Origin: Atractiella rhizophila
Lineage: Eukaryota
Reading direction: 5' to 3'
Assembly: GCA_021432655.1 (NCBI GenBank)
Contig: MU271217.1
Coordinates: 19,930-61,167, forward strand
Length of the DNA stretch: 41,238 nt
The first letter of the stretch is position 1. Each line of letters starts with the position of its first letter. The position numbers and the translations under genes are program-made. This document shows positions 11,816-22,930 of the stretch, piece after piece. The notes under the pieces are model-generated. The model saw only the letters and a program-made list of their open reading frames with translations, did not search any database and was not told where the DNA came from.

Positions 11816-14571
11816 CCTCTGGGTTGTGCAGACTTAGCCAATCATACGACCCAGAATCATGTCGACTGTCCAGCTTCAACTCCGCCACAGCGAATTACAA
11901 AGGACTTCGTGGAATGGGCGGCGACCGAAATGCACAAATGGAAGCGACAGAATGGATGAAACCCCCCTGATTGAGGGATCCGTCGAGATTGTAAACGGGC
12001 ACAGGGGAAGGAAATGGAGTGAAGCGTACAAAATATGCAAAAACTTTGAATCTCGAAGAAACTCTGAACGAAGTAGTTGCTCCGCGGATCGACGAGCACC
12101 GATACTGGCAGAGTCGAGCAGATGGGACTACTAGGGTGACGGAAAGCGATCGCTGAGATCTACGTTTTAAAAAATGACAAGGCCGATGAAGTACAGAAGA
12201 AAAGTAAACGAACCTTGTCAGTACATGGTTTGCCACATAAAGCGCAAACATGGTCTCCTAACATGGACTAAACGCAATTGTTGCACCCAGATGGGGAGTC
12301 ATGTATGGAAGAAGGGAAATATGTCGCAAAGCGGCCCCCTGTCAGAACTAATTTTACATGCATGAAAATGAATTGCAAGTCGGCGATGGGCACACGCCTT
12401 TCACCCATAGCCGTCGCAAAAATCCACTCCCAGAGCCGATGATTGAGCAGACGCTTGTAATCAACGACCGCTAGGTACGATAACGCACACATCTACTGAC
12501 CGGCTTGTTCGACGAGGATCGAAAGTCGAAGAATCATTCTCCTGGTACACGAAGTGATCGACTGCTCCTCGCAGCATGAAGCAACTTTGCATACCTTCCT
12601 CCCTAACTGTCACGATCATGTGACATCTTCGACAACGACCCGGTGCTCAACGCCGTGAAGTCCACCTCCATGATCGTCGGGCTCATTGGCTTCATGAGGT
12701 TCCCAAGCGGCAATGGGTGACAAAGCAGCGCTCGGTCAATACAGTGGCAGTCCGCTGATGTCCATCTGTATCGTCAAGTATGAGTCAGCCATCTGTGCTG
12801 AACGTCGATTTTGGAATCCATCGTCGCCGATGAGATGCCCCGAAACAAGCTGGAAGACGCGAACCAGTCTGCGTCAATTCCCCGAAAGAACAATCATCCT
12901 CTCTCACCTCTTCCAAGGGACTTGGGGAAATCTCCTTGTGAGGATCACGGGAAGGAGTGAAATCAGGATTCCGAAAAGCCAACGACGTTTGAAGAAAAAC
13001 CTGAGCGCCTCATAGTGCTCAAAGTCCGCCCTTGAATTATGAAAGGACGGCTTCAAAATGGAGCATGTAGGACCGATAAAGGTTCTATGAGCCCAATCTG
13101 TTGCAGGGAAGAAAGTTGGAGGTTGCGCAATAAGGTAGTCGTCAGTTTAGCAAAAACGCCATCTGAACTCCGACAAAAATTGCTCCAACAAAATCTGTTC
13201 CTCATATTCGCACAAGGCCATTGCGGCGAACAGTATCCCAAAGGCGAATCCTCCGAAGCCGACTCCCTCTTTCATATATGATAGAGTAAATAACATTGCT
13301 TCGACTTTTCTGAGGGGAACTGTACAGGGACCGCTCACACATGTAGACGTAAAGCGCGCTAGAAGAGAATAGGAAGGACGCCGAGCTAGGCACTCCTTTG
13401 AAAATAGACCACGTAGACAAGCCTGAAATCCTGCAGAAGGACGACACTCGTGCATTTTGAGGTATAGAGGGGAGAAGAACTAGTTTGGGGTATTGGGCAT
13501 ACAGTGTCGAACGAGAAAAATCTGGTTTGAGACGAAGGTCCCACTGTCTCTAGGAGGAGGCAGTCTCGAGTACGAAACAAAACAACCAAATTGAGGAGAG
13601 TAGCTGTTCTAGACGTAGGACCTCAGTTGAAAAAAATCGTACACATTTTGGGAGGTGTGCGCAACCTGCTGAATGAAACTGGTCTACAAGATCTTGAATT
13701 CGATTGCCTGTGAACTGCGCAAAGTCAGTACCCAAGTAAACTCTGGTGACCAAAACTTTGGAACATCATGTCTAAACCACGAATGCGTTCTACTGCAGAA
13801 GCCTAGGCCATTCGCTACGGATCCATATCTGCGCACGGAATCACCGTCTAGCTCTTTTAAGAGATGTCAAATGAGAGAAAGTGTCGAATGTTAGGAGTGA
13901 CGACTATGTGAGGTCGCACGAAAGCCGATCGCGTCCATCGTATCAAGACCATCCCGACTGGCACCAAGAGCATGAGACTCACATGCTATCCTGCACATCT
14001 GAACTAATAGTGACACAGTATGACAATGCCAATGCTGTCTGAGGGCCTGACATACGGATCCAAAACAATCGGCATGGAGAACCGAAGCCCCTAGAGAATG
14101 GGGGACTGCAAATGATGCCTTGGAAGAAAAGACAGCGCTCGATTTGGACCACCTGGTGCTTTCTGCTCGTCAGTGGAAATCAACGAGACTACCATTCAGT
14201 CGAAACGAATGCGCAGAAGTCGTGCGGTATCGTAGGCGCAAGAAAGACGAAGAGGAAAACGGTGCGTTTCCTTTTCCGCAATTAGACCAGTCTCACAACC
14301 ATACGCCTTTGTCGGATAGTTGGGAAGCAGCTAGAGTGCGACGAAAGACGTGCACGACCTCGCCTGCGATCAAGAAGAGGGAGAAGAAGAACTTGCAGTG
14401 CTAATGAGGATACCATCAGAAGTATACTTGAACCGGCCAATGTGCGCGTCAACTCACCGACGTAGGCAGTGCTGTGATAACGGAAGCAATCCTGATTTCA
14501 CCAGTCCACCAGGCTCATGCACTTCCATCTCTAATACCGCAGCTCCCACAACAACTTCAACCTTCACACTC

Positions 14572-17230
14572 TCAAAAGCTTGTGGCTGGTCCAAATCGTT
14601 GCACATGGGTAGGAAGATGAAGTAGAAGATGGAATTTGCGTTTGTTAAACCATTGGGGAGACAGGAGGGCAGTTTTGTTTAGAAAATGATGGATCACAGT
14701 CTCAAGTTCATGGCAATACTGACCTATATCAGAAATCGATGGACGCCATACTAGCCGACACAAGCGACCCAAAGCAACCCAAGCATCCAGTTGAAGCTGT
14801 GAAACAAGATCATGAAGCGCAAAAATAGCAAGTTGAGCTATTATACGGAAGTCTGTGCCAACCAAGCTCTGAGCATATTGCACCAGAGTTTCACCTCGTG
14901 GAGAGGAACATCCAAGTCCGTTCGGGTCAGCAGCAGAGAGTCTCTCAGCGACAAGAGTTTTCTGGCCTTCAGACAACCCATTAATACTCTCTCGCCAGAA
15001 ATACTTGACAAAGCCAAGCAAAATACCATGAAGAATCTCGAAAGGGGTATCTTGATGACAATCAAAAGCATGCAGGTCAAACAAGGGATTGTAGTGCCAT
15101 TTTCTAGCCTGCTGTTCATCTAGACAAGTTTTTAAGTGGGTCCGAATTTCATCTGCATTTGCTTTAGCATCTTCCATTGATTCCGCCAGCTGAAGAAGTT
15201 CTTCTATGAAGTGAGAAACAACAGGGTCTCGTATCCCTGATTTACGCTGCGCATTCGTTATCCGAGTTTTAGAACGAAGATCGGCAGCCATTTGATGAAT
15301 CTCCTGCACCTTGCACTTTGTTTCCTGCATACATCTCGCTTCACCAGTCTGCATAAAATTGGTTATCCCAGCTCCAGTAAGTTGATCACCTTTCTTCTCC
15401 TCACCAACTTTGCACACTCGACAGAACTTCAGGCTTGCTCCTAATGATGGAGAGCAGGAGCAAGCCTCCCCTTGCATAGGATTATCACCCTCAAAGACAA
15501 TTGCAATTGGCCGAAGCAGTAACTCTTCATCCATGACATTGTCATAAGAAATGATTCCCTTGGACCAGTAATCATTGAGTTGCTCAACAACGCCTTCCAG
15601 CAATTCAGTTGCAGAGACATTATTTGAGGTGCCAATGAAGTGGATGTTGAACTCTTGTTGTTGGAGCTGATGCGGCAGGCCAGCAAGGGTCATTAATGCT
15701 GAAATATGCTTATTCCATCGTTTGGATACATTGCCCGAGCTATCATCGTAATAAAGCACCAAAGGAATATTAAGAACTCTCCGTCCTTGGGCAAAATCAC
15801 GAAGAGGATTGGTGAGAGGCATGTTGATGGAGCATAGTTGGCCATCTCGAGTACATTGTGAGATATAAGGGGGAATGAGTGCCGACCTTGATAAGATGCT
15901 AGTGATATTGGCTTCAAACATAGAGACAGGCAATTCTTCTTCATCTTCTGAAATGATCCATCCTCCAGGTTGACCATTCTCGTGCAGGTAAGATCCACGA
16001 GCATAAAGACTTCTTGACTCAGCATGCAGGAACCATCGGAATGGCATGAAGTAATGACCATCCTCTAACTGAACAGCCTCGTTGACAAAGAATAAAGATC
16101 CCTTGACATGTACAGAGGGCGAGAGAAATTGAGCATCAAGCTCTTGTGCCCACTTTGATGACTGCCACATCTCCTGAACTGCTTTGCTGCTGTCTTCTGA
16201 AATGAAGATGCTTCCGAACAAGTGGATTGGCGACCTCCTGTGAAATGATCTTGCCAATGTCATTGAGGTGATAGATGTTACTCTTATGGGTTGTATTCTG
16301 AAGTGTTTGTGGACCAATGTTTTCCTCTTGAAACTGTTGGTGCAACTTGTTCAACCGTGCCTTTGATGGAAGCTTTGGAGGCGGGAGTCCTTTTGCAGAG
16401 CATAACTCTGGAATAATCCACCACAGAAGTTGCCGTAGGGTCTCTGAAATATGATGCCGAGGCAGATTCAATAGAAGATCAGCTAAAGCTTCCTCAAGAG
16501 TCTTGTACGGAAACCAATCACTTGCCGAAGTTTGTGTCAGAAAGGATTCCAAGTCCATATCAGGCTGATCTAGCTGGTTCATCAGGCGGTCCTTCAGGCC
16601 AAGCATCTTCTCTAAAAAAGCTTGATCACATTCTTCCTCAGTCTGTTCTGCCCAAAGTTCCTGCCATGCTTGCTGAGTACACATTTCTCCATCATGCTCA
16701 TTGCTAAAACCAGGATTATCTTCTGGCGGCCATGCAGAAAATACCATCTCATGCATCAGCTGCTGTAATGAAGGTGGGAGAGGATTTGTCCAAACTCACC
16801 GTGCTTGAAGAGAAGCGTGATGTGATGTTGGTTAGGTAAAATCAATGTCATCTGGTCCAAGATTAAATGGTGTCTGAGATTGGCATTCAGCATTATTCAG
16901 ATTTGCTGGCTGTGCAAACAAGCGATTTGGACGATATATTGGCTCAAATTGAAGTCTTAGAGTTGAAGGAGAAGCGTTTGTGGCAGGCTCAGAAGCATCA
17001 GAAGTAGAGATAAGATGAGCATTGTTCCGGTGCTGGTTTGAATTGGCATGCCGTAAGCAGGGATGGTTTTCTTTATTAGAAAAAGCTATTGGGCAAATAC
17101 GACAGTGAAATCGGTTGTCTTTCCACTGGAAATGGGTATAGATCTCCTCAAACGATTTAAAGCAACTCCCTTTAAATGAATTCAGGCATGGTGTTTTCAG
17201 TATTACAACATTGACAATAAGATCTCTCAC
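14572..17230 (-). pseudogene. Basidiomycete DNA transposase-like gene (CMC/EnSpm/Plavaka-like; DDxSGNxSKxWNKH family), disrupted and 3'-truncated
   Basis: N-terminal C2H2 finger CRIC...H.....H; WFPY...DLLLNLPR; NIYHLNDI...ANPLVRKHLHF; PLVLYYDDSSGNVSKRWNKH; GDNPMQ; FCRVC; DTPFEILHGILLGFVKYFW; KFHLLLHL...RFGPA. In-frame TAA at 16832, frameshift near 16198, abrupt end after RFGPA. Confidence 0.8.
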
Positions 17231-17900
17231 CAGAAGCCATAATACTGTCCTTTTGATATCTCTTGTATTAATAAATGTTCTTCACCAATGATCCTGTTTT
17301 GTCCAAAGATCAGTCCGTTGATTGATGGTATTGATGACTTTGCACTTTGCACAGGCTTCATGGTGACAATTATTCACCACCACACACCACGTACCACCAT
17401 CCTTTTCTAATTCTTGTGCAGTATCAAGTATCAACACAACATCAATGGCCAATCCCTTCTTGAATGCATCTCCAATCAACACGGTTTGTTTCGTAACTTC
17501 AACCTCTCCGCATCTACCACAATCAGCTGCTCCAAGTTCTCTCCCCTCTTCCCAGAATTTGCATGTACAGCAACTCCATACAACACCTTGCAGTACTCCA
17601 GGTTCACGCAACACATCTCCAAGTCCTTCTCTCACAATGGCCCCACCATCTCTGGACTCAGTTTTGTGTACTGTATCTGCGGTTGAAGAGTGAGCAACAT
17701 GTTTTCTCCTTTGAGCGTAAATGCTTGACCTTGTTTTGGGCAAATCTGTGAGCAGTTTGGACTTCACCACACCCACTCAAAATGATGTGTCCGCAACTGC
17801 CCTTCCCACCAGACCAATTCTCCCCCTGCACTTCCCTTCCTTCCATTATCATTTACTCCACTGCCATCTTCCTCACTGTCCAGTGGGCCTCTTTTGCCAT

Positions 17901-17986
17901 CACACCTCGCGCAATTCATTGTGAACAAGCCGGCAGTGCGGACACACCTCGCGCAATTCATTGTGAACAAGCCGGCAGTGCGGACA
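17901..17986. repeat. Perfect tandem duplication, 42 bp x 2
   Basis: cacacctcgcgcaattcattgtgaacaagccggcagtgcgga at 17901 and 17943. Confidence 0.97.
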
Positions 17987-18883
17987 GCAGATTACAGTGG
18001 TATTGAGAGGTTTTCAGGTGTGCGTTGCGGTTTTGATGGACTGAGACCCGGTGGTGTTGGACCAAGGGCTGTCTGTCAATGGTAGACGGCCCGTTGCATA
18101 ACCAGAAAATGCAAGGGGTGCCTGGATTAGTTTGTGAGAAGAGTCTCAACACTTACGAGCTGTGCTGGCGTGGGTCAGGCTGATGCGGTTGAGCAAGAGA
18201 TGGCAAACCGGGTAACTTTGATTGAGTTACGAAACCTCCTTCAAGATGTCGTCGATATGCAAACTAGTGGATACAAAGTGTCTGATAATCTCTCAGTATG
18301 CCCCTCTATTCTTTCGTAGACCTTGCTCGTTTCGCTGTGTAGTCACAATTCTATGCCATGGCTCATGCATACATCTTGAATCCAGGTACAGTGTCATTCA
18401 AAGTGGCTCACTCGAAGCTCATGGCAAGCCACTTTGTCTACCTCCAGCTGATTTTCTTACTGAACTAACATTAGGCTGTGGTTAAGTCTCCTGCCTTCAA
18501 GCATATCCTGGCAATTCTCAAGGACAATGCCATTGTGATGAAATTAGTCGGAAGAGATGTACAGCGCCGCTGTACAAAGGCACGTAATGCCATCAAAAAA
18601 TAGGTGGGTTGTGCTTCACTTCTGGCTGTTTTGAGCATTTGATAACAGATCAAGGATTCTATCGAAGAGATGCAGCATATTCAAGACCTAACCAACTATT
18701 TACATCGGTTCAAGCTGGGAACTTACACAAACACTCGCATCTCAGAGTCAGAAATGATGCTTGTCTCAATGCTTGTAAGTTATGTCTGCCCGTCCAATGT
18801 CAGTGATAACGAGAACCTGTCAGGGTTCGAGCCCCTGATATACCTTAAGTACAGACCAAGATGGGTGTAAACACCCATCATTA

Positions 18884-18977
18884 GCTCTTTTAGTTCAGTT
18901 GGTTAGCTGTTGGTCTGTAGCCATTCTGACAGAATGATGGGTTACGTGGGTCGTTGGTTCGAATCCCAGTCCCAGCG
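18884..18977 (+). promoter_or_regulatory. tRNA-Tyr(GTA)-derived Pol III internal promoter (A box 18891-18902, B box 18956-18966)
   Basis: TAGTTCAGTTGG...CTGTAG...GGTCGTTGGTTCGAATCC resembles eukaryotic tRNA-Tyr (TAGCTCAGTTGG...CTGTAG[intron]...GGTCGCTGGTTCGAATCC). Acceptor and anticodon stems do not close. Confidence 0.8.
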
Positions 18978-19123
18978 GCTTACAGCTCCCTGGCCCCCGG
19001 TCCAGGAGTGGTGACCCTGTAGGGGGGTTACGGAGCTGGGGGGTCAGCTACTTAAGTTAACTTTGTTCTGTTGTATTCTGTTGTGTTCTGTTGTGTGGCT
19101 GCTTGTCCTGTGCATCTAGAGAA

Positions 19124-19207
19124 GAGTAAGACCCAAAAGGGGCTGTCCTAGCAGCCATAGGCTGTGAGTAAGACCCAAAAGGGGCTGTCCTAGCAGCCAT
19201 AGGCTGT
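19124..19207. repeat. Perfect tandem duplication, 42 bp x 2, inside the TRIM
   Basis: gagtaagacccaaaaggggctgtcctagcagccataggctgt at 19124 and 19166, plus a partial third copy. Confidence 0.97.
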
Positions 19208-21457
19208 GAGTCAGACCAGAAAGCACACAGACACAAAGATACAAAGAACAAGGGGGGTGATGTCAGGGTTCGAGCCCCTGATATACCTTAAGTACAGACC
19301 AAGATGGGTGTAAACACCCATCATTAGCTCTTTTAGTTCAGTTGGTTAGCTGTTGGTCTGTAGCCATTCTGACAGAACCTAGCGCCGGTTTGTCAAATTT
19401 GACCTTGAACTAGAAAGTCAAGGGAAGAAAGTTATAGTCAAGCCAACGACAGGTCCAGCATCGAAGAAGCGGAAGCAAGCGCGCCGAGCACGCAGACGAA
19501 TTGAACGAAGATGATGAAGCAGAAAACCTTTCATGCTGGGATGCACTGGATCAGGAGCTTCTTACCTTGGCAAAGCTCTCACATGCGGAACGATTCACGT
19601 ATGCCAAGGCCCATCTCAGTATTAAACTGCTCACACTGGTGTTTGGGGAATAGGAAAGCCAGCCAGGTATATGCCGAAGACCTCAATCTGTACAACAGTC
19701 CTCCAGAAAGCGAGACGACGAAATCTCACCGTGCCTTCCACGCATACTTCACTGCAATCCTGCCTCAAATTCTTGCTGCTGGGAACATGGTACAGGCAGG
19801 GGGGCAGGGTTACTAGGGGAATGGGAATGGAGTGAGGTGGTGACATGAGCCAGATGACGGAGGCCCGGCAGGCAGAAGGTGTTATGTTCTTTTTAATGAT
19901 GCGGTCAGTCATATGCTTTTGTTTCGTTTTCTTTGCTCTATCCTGCTATTTCAATCGAATTTAATACCTTTCTTCATTGTATACCCAACTGTCGAGGGGA
20001 GAGGAAGGAGGAGCAGCAAATGCGCCGACCGACACTGGTCATGAAACAGCCGGCTTAGAACCGAAAACCACGTTTTTTTCGGCTGCTATCAGCAGCCTCC
20101 AGTCGATCCCCCTGGGATTCAAATTAGATTCATTAAACGAGTCGCCGGGGAGTCGTCCGGAGGGACGCACGATAGGAGTAACTACATCGAACTCGTTTTC
20201 GAGTCCCTAGAGACGGCAAACGGAGCTGCGCCGGGACTCTCTGCTTCACAGTCCTGACGGAGCTCCCCTGGATTCCGTACCCAACCTGCCGTGTACTCTT
20301 TGAAGCGCTGGCGCAAAATCATGAAGGCAGTCGGCTTATATAAAGCGAAGACATGACCCTTCTCATCCTTCAAGGCCCAGAGCTACTTCACTACCATCTG
20401 TCGATTGCACAAGAACTCTCAAACTATCGATATGGAAACTTCCTCCAGAATTAACCAGTGGAACTTTGTTGTAAGTTCTCTCGCCTTGTTTCAGTTATCC
20501 GTCAGAAGCTGCTTTTCGAAGGAAAAAAGGGAACATACGTACATTATTGAGGTGAATGGCAACGAACATGTCGTCCCTGAAGAGATGGTGTTGGAGTTTC
20601 TAGCTAGATTGCTCGCTTGTACGCATTTTCGCTTTATTCCTATCTGGTAGCAGACATTGAAGGCGGCGCGTAGGCATCATTTGAAACAGCTTCTACGGTT
20701 GAGGTGGAAAACGGTGAGTACACTTGCCCTGGTTGAACTTTGAAAACTAACATTCTCATTTCTTCCAAGATGCACGTGACGGGTTCGATGTTTCGCCACC
20801 ACTTCGACTACCTTCCTCTCTACTTCCAAGCAACAGTTTCTTTCACTCTCTGTGATCAAAGTCTGCCTTTGTGTACACCTATATGTGTAGTCTGCCCTAA
20901 CTCTGTTTGAAACAGCGAGAACAAGACATAACTTAACCTCTCCTGCCTCTGCGTCTCCCTTTATGTCTTAGAAACTTGGATTAGCACACTCCTAATAAAT
21001 GTCACGTAAAAGAGGAGAGAAGAGAGCCGGTGCCAAACCAATCGATGGGGCCGTGTACAAATAATAGCGCGAATTGGATCGGACACTATACTATCGCAGA
21101 CTGCGACAATAGACTAGTTACCTCATGCCTGAACGTTCTGAACAGTGATAACTGATCAAAATGCATCTGGTTCTTCCTCAAGCGTCCTCTTGCTACAGTA
21201 TCGTCGTTCGCACGAGCGTCAACTTAGAAAAAGTGAGTCATCGTCACTGGGTATGGTCCAGCAACTTTCTTTCCATGATACTTGCCCTCATACACAAGAA
21301 ACAATCCCCAGGAGTGAATAGCAAACTATTCAAAAGTGATTTGCACCTTTGTAGAAGCGCATATGTCCGATATCAGCGTCGAGAGTAACAACGTGGATTA
21401 CAGTAGCGTTACATCATTTCGATTAAATTCACACAATTTCGCCACGCCGGCATCAGC

Positions 21458-22930
21458 CTAAGTCGCAGAAGCGGACAACAGAGAAGACTTTGCCAAATCG
21501 GCATATCTGCCTTTACGATCTTTATCAATCTCCTGCAACCTGGTCAGCAGCTCTCCACACTCCCTCATCACGCCCTCCGTATCTTGTGTATTCAACCCCT
21601 GCAAATCTGCTAGTTTGAGGCGACACCGGACGAGGGCGTCCATGCACCCTATGTCATCTCTTCAGATCGCATTGAAAGTAACGGGGGCGGGACGCACAGC
21701 GAGTATCAGGCTCGAACTCATAGAGCTCCTCCACGTTCTTCACCTCCCTTTTTAAAACAGGAAGGAATGACACAGCGCCTGCTTCCTCTGCGAAACCGAG
21801 GAGCCATCGGTGGTAGAACCAGGCGGATTGGATGGAAGGGTCGGTCCAAAGAACCTTCAGGACCAGTTCGAATTCTGTAGATGAGTCAGTTAGATGACGT
21901 GAACCATGAGGTGGAGAAAAACTGGAGCAATGTACCAGTATCAACTGCCTTAGCCCGTTCTGAGGACGTCAAGGACCACTGCGACTCGTTGACGAGTTTA
22001 GCAAACATTTTAGTCCTTTGATCCGCATAAGCTTAAACTGAAGTAGAAGAATAACGCAAAGAAACAAGCACCGATAATGCCACGCAGAATAGTTTCCTAG
22101 ATCTTTCGAGATCTTGGCTCTCGTAAACTCCATTTCTCCCTCAGTCGTCACTCTCGGAAGTTCTGGCGCAGCGAGGGGGCGGGAATCTTTGTCGAAGGCA
22201 TCTGGACGTAAAGCGAAGAGGATGCGTGTCACGTATCGCCGGTAGTCCCAGACGTGAACTGATTCTCTCGGAAGTCAACTCTTCGATAGGCACGAGAACA
22301 GGGGAATGGGGGGCGACGCACAGTTCCGTGCATCTGCGTTCAGAAGCATCTCGATCTGTCCCAACTCCTTACCCCAATCTGGAAACGGCATGTTCTCCAG
22401 CACCCACTTCCTGTAATCCCACACGCAATACACCTTCGGGTTCTGTGCTAAGGCCGCTGTCGTGAGGTGGACCTCTTGCTTATACACCGTTTGCCGGGTG
22501 GGTAAGTCCCTACAAGCTTTATTCAGCCGTCACCCTCACCAAAGAAAGAGATCTGGAACGAACGCATCTCGCAAGATATCGGTGATGATCAACCGTCGAC
22601 TGTTCCAGCAGGTCTGAAAATCCGGATTCTTGGTCAACAGTTTGGTCGTGACATTGAGTGAATCAGTCGAGAAGTCCTTATCTTTCCTCTATCCGCAAAA
22701 AGGCAAAGTTGTATCAGGGATTGTGGAGAAACGACTTGAGTGGAGACGACAAACTCGTTGATTGAAATCCGATAAAAGTGCCTGGTACTCCTCAACGGCT
22801 TTCAGTTCTTTCTCCCGCTTTGCCTTTGCTACGCTTTCGGGGTCTTTGGGTTCGCGAGTACGCTTTACTCCGTGCTGGAAAGCACTCAGTGTTATGGGTG
22901 AGGTTGGGAAATCGAAGGGAGACAAACCAT
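21458..22930 (-). CDS. BET4: Rab geranylgeranyltransferase (type II) alpha subunit, multi-exon
   Basis: ATG-only first coding exon, then HGVKR. PPTA repeats: NPDFQTCWNSRR, NPKVYCVWDYRKWVL, DARN|FHVWDYRR, GNYSAWHYR, DPSIQSAWFYHRWLL. C-terminal LQEIDKDRKGRYAD. Confidence 0.93.

Larger units (their letters stand above)
18818..19374 (+). mobile_element. TRIM (non-autonomous mini LTR retrotransposon), 557 bp
   Basis: Identical 114-bp LTRs (18818-18931, 19261-19374) with TGTCAG...CTGACA termini. TSD GAACC at 18813-18817 and 19375-19379. Purine tract aaagaacaaggggggtga before the 3' LTR. No coding capacity. Confidence 0.95.
17445..19816 (+). pseudogene. Intron-containing transposon accessory gene (S/P/T-rich N-terminus, helical C-terminus), degenerate and interrupted by the TRIM
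   Basis: Exon-like pieces bounded by GT..AG: MANPFLNASP..., LIELRNLLQDVV, AVVKSPAFKHIL...KARNAIKK, IKDSIEE...MLVSML|RRF, CWDALDQELLTL, VYAEDLNLY...GY*. Head-to-head with the transposase. Confidence 0.5.

Noticed and set aside
12268..13760. Minus-strand ORF fragments left of the transposase as its missing C-terminus or a HET-like gene
   Set aside because: Many stops and no motif I can identify with confidence.
18884..18977. Functional intron-containing tRNA-Tyr gene
   Set aside because: The acceptor stem pairs only 3 bp, the 3' strand of the anticodon stem is missing, and the 5' half is duplicated as part of an LTR.
19124..19217. CRISPR-like array (also 17901-17986)
   Set aside because: Units are contiguous with no spacers, there are only two copies, and the context is eukaryotic.
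18818..19374. Retrozyme (hammerhead ribozyme in the LTRs)
   Set aside because: No CTGAnGA...GAAA core found on either strand; the closest are CTGATAT and CTGAACT.
14300..20100. CACTA/TIR termini for the DNA transposon
   Set aside because: No convincing inverted terminal pair or TSD found by eye.
20182..20860. Minus-strand gene remnant
   Set aside because: Fragmented frames with stops and no recognisable family.
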